64,000 nucleotides of DNA from Eledone cirrhosa (taxonomy: Eukaryota). The stretch is from NCBI GenBank assembly GCA_964016885.1, contig OZ024742.1, forward strand, positions 293,136,001 to 293,200,000, given 5' to 3'. Position numbers and translations under genes: made by a program. Of the stretch, positions 13,445 to 26,610 are shown in pieces. How positions within the stretch are numbered: position 1 is the stretch's first letter; each line of letters starts with the position of its first letter. The notes beneath the pieces are model-generated. The model made no database searches and was not told the DNA's origin. It was given only the letters and a program-made list of their open reading frames with translations.

Positions 13445-13929
13445 GATGTTAGTATAGGTTTAGAAGTGATCCTACTCAAAATCTAAAGAAGAAAATAAGA
13501 TTAGTTGTATTTTGAAATCTGAGATAGCCATTTTTAGATTTGGCAGTGGCTGTATATTCCATATTTTAAGACTATAATGTTCTATACGTAGTTTACCATC
13601 ACAATTATTTGCTGGTATGGTGAATTGACATATGTGTTAGAGGGTCAGATAAAATAGGTTGTGGTATTTGTTCTGGCTCTTTGTGTTTTGAGTTCAAATC
13701 CTATTGAGGCCAACACTGACTTTCATTTCTTTTTAAATTAAAATATTCTATACTAATGAGTCCAATAGTCTACAAAACCTGGATTTTATTCATTCTCCAA
13801 GCTTAGAAATGGCTGCAGAGAAACCTTCAAAATGGTATTTTTATTGGTTCCAAAATGTAGTTAATTTTAACCACTCGCATAAGATTTCCACAGCACTTTG
13901 ATCAATCAGCAGATTTGCTTTGCTGTATA

Positions 13930-14135
13930 AATACACATACACATATACATACACACACCCACTCACACTCACACACAAAAATACATGTACACACATATAC
14001 ACATATACACACACACATACATACACACACACATACAGACACACATACATACACATTCACACATACATACAGACACACATGCATACACATACATACATGC
14101 ACACACACACATACACGCATACACACATACATGTA
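13930..14135. repeat. (CA)/(TACA) microsatellite
   Basis: Direct inspection. Confidence 0.9.
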
Positions 14136-14404
14136 CAGATTTTATATAAGGTATAGAGTGTCTATTGGATTTCAATAAAGTATTGATGTTGTACTGTTTA
14201 ATGTTCTAAGGCATGAAACCAAGGAAATATCACTTTGGTGCTCAGTTACATATCTTTTATATCTACCATACTTACATGTAAACCTTTGGTAAAACATATT
14301 CCCTATGAAAGACAGTACTTTGATTTTCAAATGATCTTGAAAATAATCGAGAATTTGGAAGGATTAAGTAATATGACTAACATTTTTATATTATTCAGTT
14401 GGGC

Positions 14405-15278
14405 GGTGGATTGGCAGTATTGGTAGAAGGTCGGGTGCCATGCTTTGCAGCATAGAGTTACTGCCCTTTATGGTCTGAGTTCAAATCCCGCCGAGGTTAA
14501 CTTTGTCTTTCGTCCTTATGGAGTCAATAAAATAAAGCACCAGTAATGCACTGGGGTAATTGCTGGCCTTATGTCAAAAGTAGAAACAATTATTATTATG
14601 TTGGTATTTCAGTGTAGTGAATTGGCAGAATCATTAACCCTTTAGTATTTACATTACTCTATATTTACTATTGTATTTTCCCGGTAAAGGCTTTATCTCA
14701 CATAATATCTTACATAATATTGAATCTATGATATGTTGATATTATTTATTTTGAGAGCAATACCTTAACATGAGTATGAGTAGCAAGTTACGGCCGGTTT
14801 GAACCAAAAGAAGTGAGAGAATTCTGGCTGGATACGACTGGTTTACATGCTAAAGGGTTAAAGCATCAGACAAAATGATTTGCAGCATTTAGTTACAACC
14901 TTTTATATTCTGAGTGCAAATCCCACCAAGGTCAACTTTGCTTTTCATCCTTCTAGGGTCAATAAAATAAAGCTTTAATAAAGTACTGGGGGTGGATAGG
15001 ATCAACTTCCCCTTCCCCAGAAATTGCTGGCCTTGTTCCCAAATTAGAAACCATTATTATGCTGGTGTTTGAACAGTGGATTGGCAGTATCAGTAGAACA
15101 TCAGACAACATGCTGTGAGGCATATAGCTACGGTTCTTTACGTTCTGAGTTCAAATCCCGCCGAGGTTAGCTTTGTCTTTCATTTTTATGGGGTCAATAA
15201 ATTGTACTGGGGTCAATTTCAGTGACTTCTCCTCCCCCCAAAAAACTGATGGCCTTGTGCATATAGTAGAAATCATTA
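14405..15278 (+). mobile_element. Three head-to-tail Nin-type SINEs, the middle one interrupted by a family-A MITE
   Basis: Copies start at ~14405, ~14615 and ~15076. Each has GTG(G/A)ATTGGCAG and a GAGT(T/G)CAAATCCC B-box. Confidence 0.8.
14634..14861. mobile_element. TTAA/piggyBac-type MITE family A
   Basis: TTAA-CCCTTTAGTATT...ATGCTAAAGGG-TTAA; removing it restores the SINE head TTGGCAGAATCATTAAAGCATCAG. Confidence 0.88.
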
Positions 15279-15829
15279 TCATGCTGGTGTTTGGAACATC
15301 ACTTAATAAAGGTTCTTACAAAATTTATGGAGGAATAATATAACTAAAATATAATATGACTAACTTTCTCATTATTAGGCTGTCGTTTGGAACATAACTT
15401 AATCCTTTTGTTATCATATTTATAATGAATGACATTTTCAAATAATTAGAAAATAATCAAGAATTTGGAGGGATTAAATATTATAACTAACTTTCTCATT
15501 ATTATGCTGTTGTTCAGAGCATAAATTAACAAAGTTTCTTACAAAATATTATATAGAAGGTTTTAAATATAAATATAAACATTTTAAAACAAATGATACC
15601 AAAATTGTTAAAATATTACATTAGAATGCTACCATCATCATCACCACCATTATCATCTTCATAATTTTTATGTTTACTTTTTCTTGATGGCATGTGTTGG
15701 ACGGATCAGTTTCAACACAGTCTTTTCCCTTGTTGTGGTCTGTCATCATTTTCTCTACAAAACTCAGCATCCTGTGATCAGTGGCCAGCACTTCTGTCCA
15801 TGTCATCCTCTTCCACTGGCTCTTTTTAC

Positions 15830-16082
15830 TTCCATTGTCAGTTTTATCAGTGATGAAATATATATATGACTTTATGCCGATTTAATGACGACTCTGCAGG
15901 TAGTCCACCCTGACTATACTTTTAGATGTGTACCTGTGGTCATTGGGGCAATTGGATATGTTACTAACTGCCTCAGCATAAATCTTGACTATCTGTACCA
16001 GAAGGAGCATGACCAATTAGGAAATTGTAGGTACTATTCATTGAATTGAACTGTAAGACATTCCAGAAAATTTAGTATGTAA
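15830..16082 (+). mobile_element. Decayed 3' end of an RLE-bearing (R4/Dong-like) non-LTR element
   Basis: YADLMTTLQVVHPDYTFRCVPVVIGAIGYVTNCL...CKTFQK resembles the PIVIGALG C-terminal motif also seen at 33334-33689. Confidence 0.55.
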
Positions 16083-16649
16083 TAACTGTGTATACACATG
16101 TATAGATATAGAAACATAAGTATATGTGCATATATAACTCAAAACATACAGATGTACATATGCAATGACATCCACACTTTCACACATATACATACAGACA
16201 CACACCCTCAGAAACTGTTGATATTGTCTAAATTTCAATGAAAGAGTCTCGTTTCAATGTTAGAAACCAGCGCTCTATGTCTCTATGAGAAATTAATAAA
16301 AAATGTATAACTAGAAAAACATACACAAATACACACATATATGTTGCAGCTGTAAAAATAATGATATATAAATTATATTACATATATAGACTTGATAATT
16401 AGGGATGGGACAGCTTATTAAATATTTGGAAAATATTTTATATCTTGTATAAATTTTGGAAAAACAAAAAGAGAACTGCTTATTTGTATATATGTTGTTT
16501 ATTTTACTCGACAAATGGAACAATATGTGCACTTTGTCCACTTTCCTTTAGCTCCTGATTTGAGTTGACTATCTCTCTCTCTCCCTCTCCCTCTTTGTCT
16601 CTCCCCTCTCTCTCCCTCCTCCCTCTCTCTGCATATATAAATATATATA

Positions 16650-16782
16650 TAAAATATAACCAGATATAACTAGCATATAACTTGATATAACTAGTTATAA
16701 CTAAATATAACTACCATATAGCTAGATATAACCAGCATATAAATAGTTATAACTGGATATAACTAGATATAACTAGCTATAT
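16650..16782. repeat. 10-bp tandem repeat (ATATAACTAG)n, degenerate
   Basis: Direct inspection. Confidence 0.8.
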
Positions 16783-17409
16783 TTTTATATATATACCAGC
16801 TCCCAAATATGGATCCGCTTATGAGCAGGGTATGGTGCAGCCAACTGGCAAGAACCTCCTCATAATGGGACCACCCATTATGAGGAACGGCATTGGTGTT
16901 AGGAACGGCATCCAACTGTACAAATGATGATGATGATGTATATATATATATATACCAAAAGTCAAAGAAATTAGAGAATATTGTGAGGCACTGGAATAAC
17001 AACATCAATGATTTCTAACAGATCTCCTTCAAATAACAAAATAGAAAAGGCACATCTGATAATGTACTCTTAGATACCCCTAAAATGATGAGATGGTCAT
17101 GTCTGGAATGTCACTAATCATAGGTTAGCTAAATTAGGATTGACCTGATACAAAAATGTTTGCTTTAAAGAGTATATATTTCTCTAAAAATGTTATGGAA
17201 GAACCTTTGTTAAGTTATATTCCAAACACCAGATAAATAATAATAAACTTAGTTTATAAACAGTCACAAATAAAATCTAGAAACTCATTTTTAGCTGTGA
17301 ATTTCCTGTTTAACATTCTCTCTCTCTCATTCCCCCTCTCTTTCATTCTCTCATCATCTCTCTCACTCTCTGTCCATCGCTCTCTCTCATTCTCTCTCTT
17401 CATATCTCT

Positions 17410-17995
17410 CTTTTGGACCAAGTTAGATCAGACTCATTTTGATCTGATCTGGACCATTTTGATTCAGTCCAAGACAATACAATCTGGTCCAATCTTGTCC
17501 AGAGCAATCTGATCTGGCCTGATCCTGATTTGATCTGATCTAGAGTAATCCAGCCTGGTCTAATCCAGTCCAATCCAGTTCCAACCCAATATACCCCAAA
17601 GAAATCCAATCTGGCCAGATTCTGATCCAGTGGGGACTTATCTAGTCTGGTCCTATCTGGTCTGGTCCAATTTGGCCTGGTCTAATCTGGTCTGATCCGA
17701 TCCGGTCTGATCTGATCCAGTCTGATTCAACCCAGTCTGATTCATCCAGTTTGATCTGATCTGGTTTGACCCAATCTGGTCTGATCTGATCTAGTATAAT
17801 CTGATCCAGTCTGATCCAATCTGGTCTGGTCTGATTTGGTCTGATCCGATTCAAGCTGATCTGGTTTGATCTGAACCGATCCAATCAGGCCTGAACCGAT
17901 CTGATCTGATCCAGTCTGATCCGATTTGATCTGTTCCAGCCTGATCCGATCCAGTCTGATCCAGTTTGATCTGAGCCAATTTAATCCAATCTGGC
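17410..17995. repeat. Degenerate pentanucleotide satellite (GATCT/GGTCT/AATCC)n
   Basis: About 580 bp of 5-bp periodic sequence. Confidence 0.85.
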
Positions 17996-18589
17996 CGGGA
18001 GAAGGATGAACTCTGTCAGGTTTGAGATGCCTAAGACATGCTGTTTGTCAGAACAGCTCCCCCACCAACTCTATTAGGAGTTATGAGCCCTTCTTTTACC
18101 TTTTTAAAGCTGAGATATGATTAATTTATTTTGTTGGCCAGAGTTCTCGCAGATATATAACAAATATATATTTATTGAATTGACCTTGCTATATGACTGG
18201 TATTTAAGTAGCAATCAGAGTTATAATAAGGCATAAGACATGCCTTATGGTATTTGCTTCTGTCTTTCAAGTTCAAATCATGCTAATATTAACTTTGCCT
18301 TTAATCTCTCTTAGTGTCAATAAAATAAAGTACCAATCCAGGGGTCATATTAAAATGTTTACTGCTCATATCCAAATTATCTCATATTAAAAAGTGTATT
18401 GCTCATCTTGTTTTCGTATCAAAATTGCTTCATATTCCATTGTCATGTTCCTTCTTTTTCTTTGATTAGTTTCGGTTCAAAACTTTAGAAAGTGCAGGTA
18501 GCCAAAACAAATAGCACAAGGCATTTTGTCCTATGTGAATTTGCTGCCTGAAAGACAACTATAACAGTGGAGTTTAAAATTGTCTGCCC

Positions 18590-18775
18590 ATAGGAACTTC
18601 TCTAAGAAGATGATTTGGTCCTTATAGCTGAATCCATAAAAGACCTACAAAATAAGTTCTACTATAAAAACAGAATTTGGAATCAAAAGGTCTGAGAGTA
18701 AATTTAGCCAAAACTAAAGTGCTAGTGAGTAGGAAACAAGATAAGACCTTGATCCCCTCAGGCAAGTTGTCAATG
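18590..18775 (+). mobile_element. Small RTE RT fragment
   Basis: ESKGLRVNLAKTKVLVSRKQDKTLIPSGK, matching the RTE at 37670-37933. Confidence 0.75.
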
Positions 18776-18918
18776 CTCACAGTCCTTTGTGATCTCTGTT
18801 GTGAAGTTCAACTTCCTAAAGTTGGTCTTCACTACTTTATCCCATGTTTTTTAATGTCTCCTTCTTCCCCAAGTCGCATTCACTGAAATTTCTTTGCAGA
18901 TATATACATGTATATATA

Positions 18919-18952
<34 letters not shown>

Positions 18953-18955
<3 letters not shown>

Positions 18956-19299
18956 TCATTCATCATTTCATTTCATTTTATGTCCGCATTTTCCCTGCTT
19001 GCAAGGGTGGGACGGGAACTGATTCTGGCTTGATTTCTACAGCTGGATGCCCTTCCTAACACCAACCTCATTTACAGTGAGCGCTGGGTGCTTTTTTGCC
19101 GTGGCACCTCCACGACCACTTTGCAGTGGAATGATATGGACCACAATCCCTATCATCTCATTTCTACAGCTGAGTTAGCTGGAGCAATGTGAAATAAAGT
19201 GTCTTACTCAAGGAAACAACACTCACCCAGTCTGAGAATTGAACTCACAACCTTTTGATTGCAAGGCCAATGCTCTAACCACTAAGCCAAATGCCTCCA
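18953..19299 (-). mobile_element. Full-length tRNA/CORE-like SINE with RTE-derived 3' end
   Basis: A-box TGGCTTAGTGG, B-box GAGTTCAATTC and a CORE-like block. The 3' end CCCGTCCCACCCTTGCAAGCAGGGAA matches the RTE 3' end at ~55891. Confidence 0.85.
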
Positions 19300-19316
19300 T
19301 ATATATATATATATAT

Positions 19317-19500
19317 AATTGTTTCTACTTTTGGCACAAGGCCAGCAATTAACCCAGTGTATTACTGGTACTTTATTTTATCGACCCCGAAAGGATGAAA
19401 GGCAAAGTTAACCTCGGCGGGATTTGAACTCAGAATGGCAAGGACCGTAACTCTATGCGTCAAAGCATGGCGTCCGACCCTCTACTGGTACTGCCAATCC
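19317..19500 (-). mobile_element. Nin/Deu-domain SINE
   Basis: Near-consensus copy. Confidence 0.85.
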
Positions 19501-19514
19501 TCTATAATGAAGGA

Positions 19515-19730
19515 AGTGTGGTAAGGAACCAGGTGGACCATAACGCACCAGAGTACTCGATACTTTGAGTAGTAGAGTGGGTAATAGGAAAATGTTCAAG
19601 ACCCCGATGGCAGAGCTCAAGCCGTTTCGACCTTAGGTTTCAGCATTCAGTTGTAGCTACCACTCTATAGTGCAGTAACGGTTCTAAAACTAGCCTCTCT
19701 TGTCGGACGCAAGTATAAATTTAAAGACCC
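19515..19730 (-). repeat. PLE-pLTR-like repeat (family shared with 29897-30020 and 55075-55118)
   Basis: Minus strand GTCGAAACGGC..GAGCTCTGCC...TTTTCCTATTACCCACTCTACTAC...GTAT(C/T)GAGTACTCTGGTGC...GGTCCACCTGG...TTACCACAC. Confidence 0.6.
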
Positions 19731-19766
19731 CCTCCCCATTACTTTATATATATAAACTTTATATAC

Positions 19767-19799
<33 letters not shown>

Positions 19800-19801
19800 A
19801 T

Positions 19802-19840
<39 letters not shown>

Positions 19841-20776
19841 GTATATAAAGTTTATATATATATATATATATATACATTTACATATATACATATATATATA
19901 GATAAATGTGATTATATATATATTTATATATGTATATGTATCTGTATATACATGAAAAAGTGTTAGACATATAATATTAGTTAGTGACAGGAAAATGCGA
20001 TACTCTTAATGCCCTAGATAGTCTGGGAGTCATTAGTGGTGTCATACCAGCCTGTCTGGGACTGATTATATTATGAAAACATACATGATGTATGCTTGTT
20101 TGTATATGTATTTGTGTGTGTGCGTGTGTATATTTATATATCTGTATAAATATGAACAGTTTTTCTTTCAAACATGTTATGTTAAAGACATGACTTACTT
20201 CAAGTTTAGTCTTTTTTATTAAGAATTTTTCATATTTCAATATTCATTTTTTGTTTAGTTTCGAACAATGATGTTCCTAAATGCACTAACATTTCAAATC
20301 AGTACTAGGCTAATAATTTTTATCGACCTTGCATAGATGAAAGGCAAAGTTGTCTTTGTGCCATGAATGTACAAAGTCTTTTTACCAATATCCCACTAAT
20401 AAAAAAACTATAATCATAATCTTGAAAATACATACACATCTTATAATAAAACCATCTAATTTACCAAGAAACATCTCTAATCCTTTCATTACCATACTTC
20501 TAGTGAAAGACTGTCTATGATTTTCAAATAATTTTGAAAATAATCAAGAATTTAGAGGGATTTAGTAATATGACTAACTTTGTAATTATTAAGCTGTTGT
20601 TTGGAACATAACTTAACAAAAGTTCTTACATAAAATAATGAATGTTCCAGTTGTTCAATCAATGGAACAGCCTACTTATGAAGTCAATGCGTGACTGACA
20701 GAGACATGTGTAACCTTAACATAATTCTCAGTGAGTGTAACACAGTGTATGATAAGGCTGGCTCTTTGAATTACAA

Positions 20777-21211
20777 TGTAGTGACCTACATTCTGAGGGC
20801 TCATGGAAACATTCTCCGTACGTTGTTTGGCTCAGTTCAGCCAATTGCTACCAGCGTAGGAGAATGTATCTCGACTTCTGCCCAGAGGGAAAAATTCCCG
20901 CGGCGATTCAAAAATCGCTCTCTTGCTGCTTTGGACTCTGAAAGGTCAACACGCAATTATGTGACGGTGAGATTTTCACTTTGGCCTGCCGGCCTCCTTC
21001 AGCCCAGCACAGCGCCTTTCTTTACTTCTTAAAACTTGTCAACCCAGCTTAACATTTGTGGTCAGTTGTAAATAAAGCTTGTAAAATATTATAAAGTCTC
21101 ATAATATTATGTTCTACAAAGCCTACAATGAACTACAACTACTTCAACAAACATTCCCTTATGGCTAACTCGCCTCTCTCTCACTTAACAAACGTTACAT
21201 TTCTCACTATA
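20777..21211 (+). mobile_element. Probable solo LTR (Gypsy-like)
   Basis: Termini TGTAGTGA...TCACTATA (one change from TCACTACA), flanked by the 4-bp direct repeat ACAA (20773-20776 and 21212-21215). Internal AATAAA near 21071; the 5' half is richer in GC and CpG than the flanks. Confidence 0.62.
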
Positions 21212-22316
21212 ACAAATAACAACAATAACATATATTCTTTCTTAATAATATTATGCTATGTAGGCATAATATTATTTTTCTGCTAAAACAAGTATAGTTT
21301 TTTTCACTTCCACGGCAGAGGTCAAGCTAAAGCAAGGGAAAATGACACTTGCCTAATGTGTCACACAGTGGGATTGAACGTTGGACCTAATGATTGCAAA
21401 GCATACTTCTTAACCATTCAGCCAAGCTATGTTTACTATTCCTAAACATAACTACACAATATATATGTGCTATGTTGAAGACATATTTATTGTGGCATGT
21501 TGTGACAAGGTGGGAAATTGACAGTCAGAATTGTGTCATATAGAATTATCATCATCATCATAATCATTTTATGTCTGTTTTCTATCCTGGAATGGGTTGA
21601 ACAGGTTTTTATGGTCTGAGACTAGATGAGTCAGAGAACCATGTCTTACTTATGTGTTCCATATTTTAGCATAGTTTCTACTGCTGACTACCTTTCAAAA
21701 CCACAGCAACTTTACAGGGTATACTAGGTGCATTTTATCATAGCACTAACACTACTACTTTACAGGGTTTCCCAGGTGCATTGTTGTGGTACAAGAACTT
21801 AAGAAATTGCAATGTATTCAGCAAAACTGAAGTATCTTCTCTACCCTATATTGTCACTGTTAAATTGCCAACCACTTTACAGAGCATATCTTGTGGTATT
21901 TGTTGCTGGCTCTCTGCATTCTGAGATCAACTTTGCCTTTCATTCTTCTGTGGTTGATGAAATAAAGTACCAGTCCATGGTAGTGGATTAATAGAATTTT
22001 TAGGGCATTGGATGAGGTACCTTGTGGTAGCTGTTCTAGCACTTTGCCTTCTAAATTCAAATCCCACTAATGACCAATGCTAATCATCTGATCATGAGAC
22101 TACAATTGGTTATGAAAGCTACAATGAGTGGAGGAGGTTTGTGGTTGTCTGCTACTGCAAGCTAGTAAATATAACCTTTTTGATTCTAAATCACCTGACA
22201 CCACTTCTGGTTCTACAATAATATATTGTATATTTTAAGGTGTTTCTATTTATCTAAAAACCTTCCAACACAATTTTATGTGAGAATTTTTATTATGTTA
22301 TGTTCTAAACATCAGC

Positions 22317-22545
22317 TTAACCCTTAAGCATTTACATTGCTCTATATTTACTATTATATTTGCACAGTAAAAGCGTTACCTCACATAACTATCTCATATA
22401 ATATCGAATCTATGAGATTTTGATATTATTTATTTTGAGAACAATCCCTTAACATCAGTGTGAGCGACCAGTTACAGCTGGTTTGAACAGATAAAAGTGA
22501 GATAATTATGGCCAGATATGGCCAGTTTAAATGCAAAAGGGTTAA
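22317..22545. mobile_element. MITE family A nested in a family-B MITE
   Basis: TTAA-CCCTTAAGCATT...ATGCAAAAGGG-TTAA. Confidence 0.85.
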
Positions 22546-22646
22546 TCATGCAAAAGTGATATTACTTTAACCCTCCATTCTTGGTTATTTTCTAAATTAT
22601 TGGAAATAGTTGGCAGTGTCTTTCATTAGAAATATTAACAAAATAA

Positions 22647-22915
22647 GTTCTTCTTCGCTTCTTCACCCACTTATTCATGGGAAGGTCGTCGGGGCAGAGT
22701 CCTCAAACACTCCTTCCAGTGGGTCTTGTCAGAAACAACTGTCTCCAACTAATCCAGCTGAATCCCCAAGCGTGACCAGCCAAGCTCATGGATGTTATCC
22801 CACCATCTTGCTCGGGGTTTACCCCTGGGTCTCTTGCCGGTTAGTTTTGCCTGTGAAATCTGTCCAGTGATTCTTTCCTGAGACTTTCTAACCACATGTC
22901 CATAGTATCAGAGCT
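22647..22915 (-). mobile_element. RTE-like 3' fragment with (GAA)n tail
   Basis: Minus frame YYGHVVRKSQE...GKRPRGKPRARWWDNI followed by a GAAGAAGAA tail. Confidence 0.65.
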
Positions 22916-22929
22916 GTTAAAGTTAATCT

Positions 22930-23360
22930 CAAAAATAAAACCAAGCTTACATTTACAATCTATCAAATGCCTTCTCCAGATTGACAAATGCTAGCTAAGT
23001 ACTTCTGTACTTATCTCACTAAGAAAAATAGTACCAGTATGTGCCTCATTCTGGTATAAAGCTGAACTGCATCTCATCTACCCTAATTCTGTTCCTTATC
23101 AACTATGCCATAGCTTTTTCCATAATTTTCATAAGCTAGTCCAATAACTTGATACCTGTGTAGCTTCCTCTCTCTCTAATGCATATCCTTTACTACTATA
23201 TCAATTGACAATGATGCTGCTGCACCAGCCACTGGATATGACATCTTCCTGTACTACCTCATTAGCAATGCAAGTGACAAGCATATGTCCTACTTCAACA
23301 GATATTTCAATGAAATTAGTGACTATTCCTAATGGACTAGCTGCCACATCTAAATTCCTT
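22930..23360 (-). mobile_element. Highly decayed RTE RT fragment
   Basis: Nucleotide similarity to 5200-5620 and 38250-38660 (DKAFDR, DEMQF and WCSSII remnants). Confidence 0.6.
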
Positions 23361-23504
23361 CTCTGCTTTCATATCTCTAATCACATTTCCAACCATACTA
23401 TATATATATATAGAGAGAGAGAGTTAGTTCCACAACAAATTAGCAAACCATACTTGAGAACATGTGCTCCACCCAAAGGATTCTTCAATTCATGTGTATA
23501 TATG

Positions 23505-23579
<75 letters not shown>

Positions 23580-24439
23580 CAAGCCAAAGCCAACACAAAC
23601 CAGAATCCTACAATCAACCCTACCCACTAAAACCATGCTACATCAGGCATAAATTAAATTCAAAGACATCTTTCAAAACCATACTCCAGCCTTCTCAACC
23701 ATCCAAACCCAGAGAAGAATGTACCACCTAACATGAATTAGTTATTAGTGACATCAGAATAAGCACAAGACAGAACAAAAAATGCAGAAAAATCTGGTGG
23801 AAGAGAATATAGAAGCTATAGGATCTTTCTGTTAAATATAGGTTTTGGAAAGCTCTATGTGATAAAAGAGAGGATGATTATGACATAAAGGACAATTGGA
23901 AGCAGGGCCGGATTTTATGGTTTCAATGGCTGGATGCACTTCTTAACATAACCACTTTAGAGTGTTTACTGGGTGCATTGTTTTTGTGATACCACCACAA
24001 CCACTTTACATGGTTGACTAGGTATATTCTATCAAGGCCCCAACACTAACAATTTACAGGATGTACTAAGTGCATTTTATCATGGCACTAGTACTAAAAA
24101 AGTAGTCACATGCTCGGCCAGACTAAAGAGTTCCCTTAATCACTATATTGTCTCTATTTGATTGCCAAACACTGTAGCCTCCAATCTCTCACCATATTTC
24201 ACTGCTTGTACTTGTGGGAATATCATGAACCAGCTCTGGCCTGTGTCATCTCCTTTGTTGGGTTCAGTTTCTTGATGTCATTCTTTACAACTATATCCCA
24301 TGTTCTCCTTGATCTTCCACTTCAAACATTTGACTCTTTTTTATACAACTCTTGCTCTCCAGTAGAGGGCACAAATAAATTGCTACTGCTGTCACTGGTG
24401 GGGCCCCCTACTGTAGATCGCCAGAGCAATTGCCTCCCT

Positions 24440-25272
24440 TGTGCGCCATTAAATCTGGCCTTGATTGGAAGTTCCTACATGACAACTGATGAGACTTGTG
24501 GCTGGAGTAAAGCACCAACAAGACAGATAGTGATATGGTGGTGGAATAGCACAATGGAGAGAACATTAAAGCCAAGAGACAGGTGTGGAAAGATTGAAAA
24601 AATGGGGCAACAGATACCAGTATCAGGTAGCTAAAAGAGTAGCTAAATGAAAAGTATAAATAGCATGTACAGAGGTTGACAGCAGGAGAGTTTCCAATGT
24701 CTTGCAACATGGAGATCAGAGATGGGAAGTGTTCTACTGTTGGGGAAAAGTGTGTTTAAAATGAAACGTATGCACTTAACATCACTGACAGCTAGAATAA
24801 GAACTGGCTGGAAAATTTTCAGGGACTTACAACCTCTGTTGACAACAAAAGGTTTCTCTCTACGGACAAAAGGTCTGTATGTGATGTGCAATACTGCATA
24901 GTAGTGAGACATGGGCAGTGAAAGCAGAGAATATGTGACAAGTGGAGAGAAATGAAGTAATCATGCTTTCATAGATGTACAATATTAATATGCATGAACA
25001 ACAAAGCATGTATGAACTGAGGTAGAAACTAGGTATAAGAGGAAACAGTGTAGTGTGCAAGAGAGAACACTGTGCTGGTATGGACATGTGATGCACATGG
25101 ATGATCACTGGGTGAAGAAGAACCAAGAAATCCCAGTAGAAGGAAGCCAGAGTAAAGGAAGACCAAGGTAAAATTGAACGTCACAGAGGAGATCATGAAG
25201 GAACAATACAAGTGGAGGGATGCTGTGCTGAAAAAGACCCATCCAACCCATGGAAAAGCAGACATAAAATCG

Positions 25273-25303
<31 letters not shown>
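24440..25303 (+). mobile_element. Internally deleted, decayed RTE LINE with (GAT)n tail
   Basis: TDETCGWSKAPTRQ...WWWNST, then RIRTGWK/KGFSLRTK/WYGHVM remnants; same family as 37058-39935. Confidence 0.8.
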
Positions 25304-25574
25304 ATTATACATATACATCATTGTGCCATTCAGAAATAATTGCTTCAGTATATCAGAATCTATTAAATAACAAACACTTTTTACAGATACATTTCTTATC
25401 TTATTATTTCCTCACCCAGCCACCATCATCCCTCCAAATCTTACCTTCCCTTCTCCACATCTTGTACTTTTGGTGAAATACCTAGCTAAACATTCCAAAG
25501 AGAAGGAGCACATTCAAGAATTTTCTCTCTTTTTATATTATTATTATTTTTTTTTTTTTTTTTTTTTTTAATTA

Positions 25575-25707
25575 CATCCTGTTTTTTGTTTTTTTACACG
25601 CAGAAATGCCCATTTGTACCGTCCTGTATTGTCCTGTTCTGTCCTGTACTGTACTGTACTGTCCTTAATGTCTACTTTGTGTAAACCCTTGTGGTTAATA
25701 AAGAAAG

Positions 25708-25740
<33 letters not shown>
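25575..25740 (+). mobile_element. Tx1-type 3'UTR end with (ATT)n tail
   Basis: Nearly identical to 33115-33255 (TTTACACGCAGAAAT.CC...GTAAACCCTTGTGGTTAATAAAGAAA). Confidence 0.75.
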
Positions 25741-26338
25741 CATTTTATTAGTTGTCAGGAGCCAAATCATATTTTTGTATTCTTGCTTCAAGCACAAAAA
25801 GTTGCATCATAATATGAAGGAGAATATAGGATATTATTAAATATATAGACAATTACTTAAGCATAATGAGAATTCTAATATATATAGATATTCTTTTATT
25901 CTTATACTGGTTTCATTCTATATTCATTTTTTTGAAGTTTGGTGTTTATTTTATCAATCTCATTTTTGTTAAACTGCTAAGTTATGGGACATAAATACAG
26001 CCACAAACACAAACATAGACACAGATGCACACACATATCATCATCACTGTTTTACATCTACTTTTCCATGCTTGCATGTATTGGATGGGTTCTTTCCAGT
26101 ACAGAGCATCTCTCCGATTATTTTGGCCCTTCATCATCTCCTTTATGAGATTCAGTGATTTCGGATCAGCTCTGAAAACCTCTGCCCAGGTCTAAATACA
26201 TATACAGCCAAAATCAGCCCTGGGTGAGTGAAACACAGTCCTCTAACCTGATTCTCTGCCAAAGGGTCAGCCCGTCCTATCCATACTAGCATACTAGCGT
26301 GGAAAATGGATGTTAAATGATGATGATGTTAAATGATG

Positions 26339-26437
<99 letters not shown>

Positions 26438-26610
26438 TGTGTAAAATACCAACTGTGGTGCCAAGCGGTTTCGGCTTGTGTGTTCAGCAAACCAGGACCA
26501 CTTGGCGCCGCAGTCAGAATTTTACACATCTCTATACCCACTCTACATCTTCCCATGTATTGAGTACTCACATGATTAGTAGTCTCCTCAGTCTCAGCAC
26601 CGCAACAAAC
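26438..26610 (+). repeat. Short fold-back element with TTGAGTACT tail, inside microsatellite
   Basis: Imperfect inverted repeat TGTGTAAAAT...CTGTGGTGCCAAGCGGT / ACCACTTGGCGCCGCAG...ATTTTACACA, then TACCCACTCTAC...GTATTGAGTACTC as in the 19515/29897 family. Confidence 0.6.

Noticed and set aside
14405-14500. tRNA genes at A/B-box motifs
   Set aside because: These are SINE heads; they have no cloverleaf and continue into SINE body sequence.
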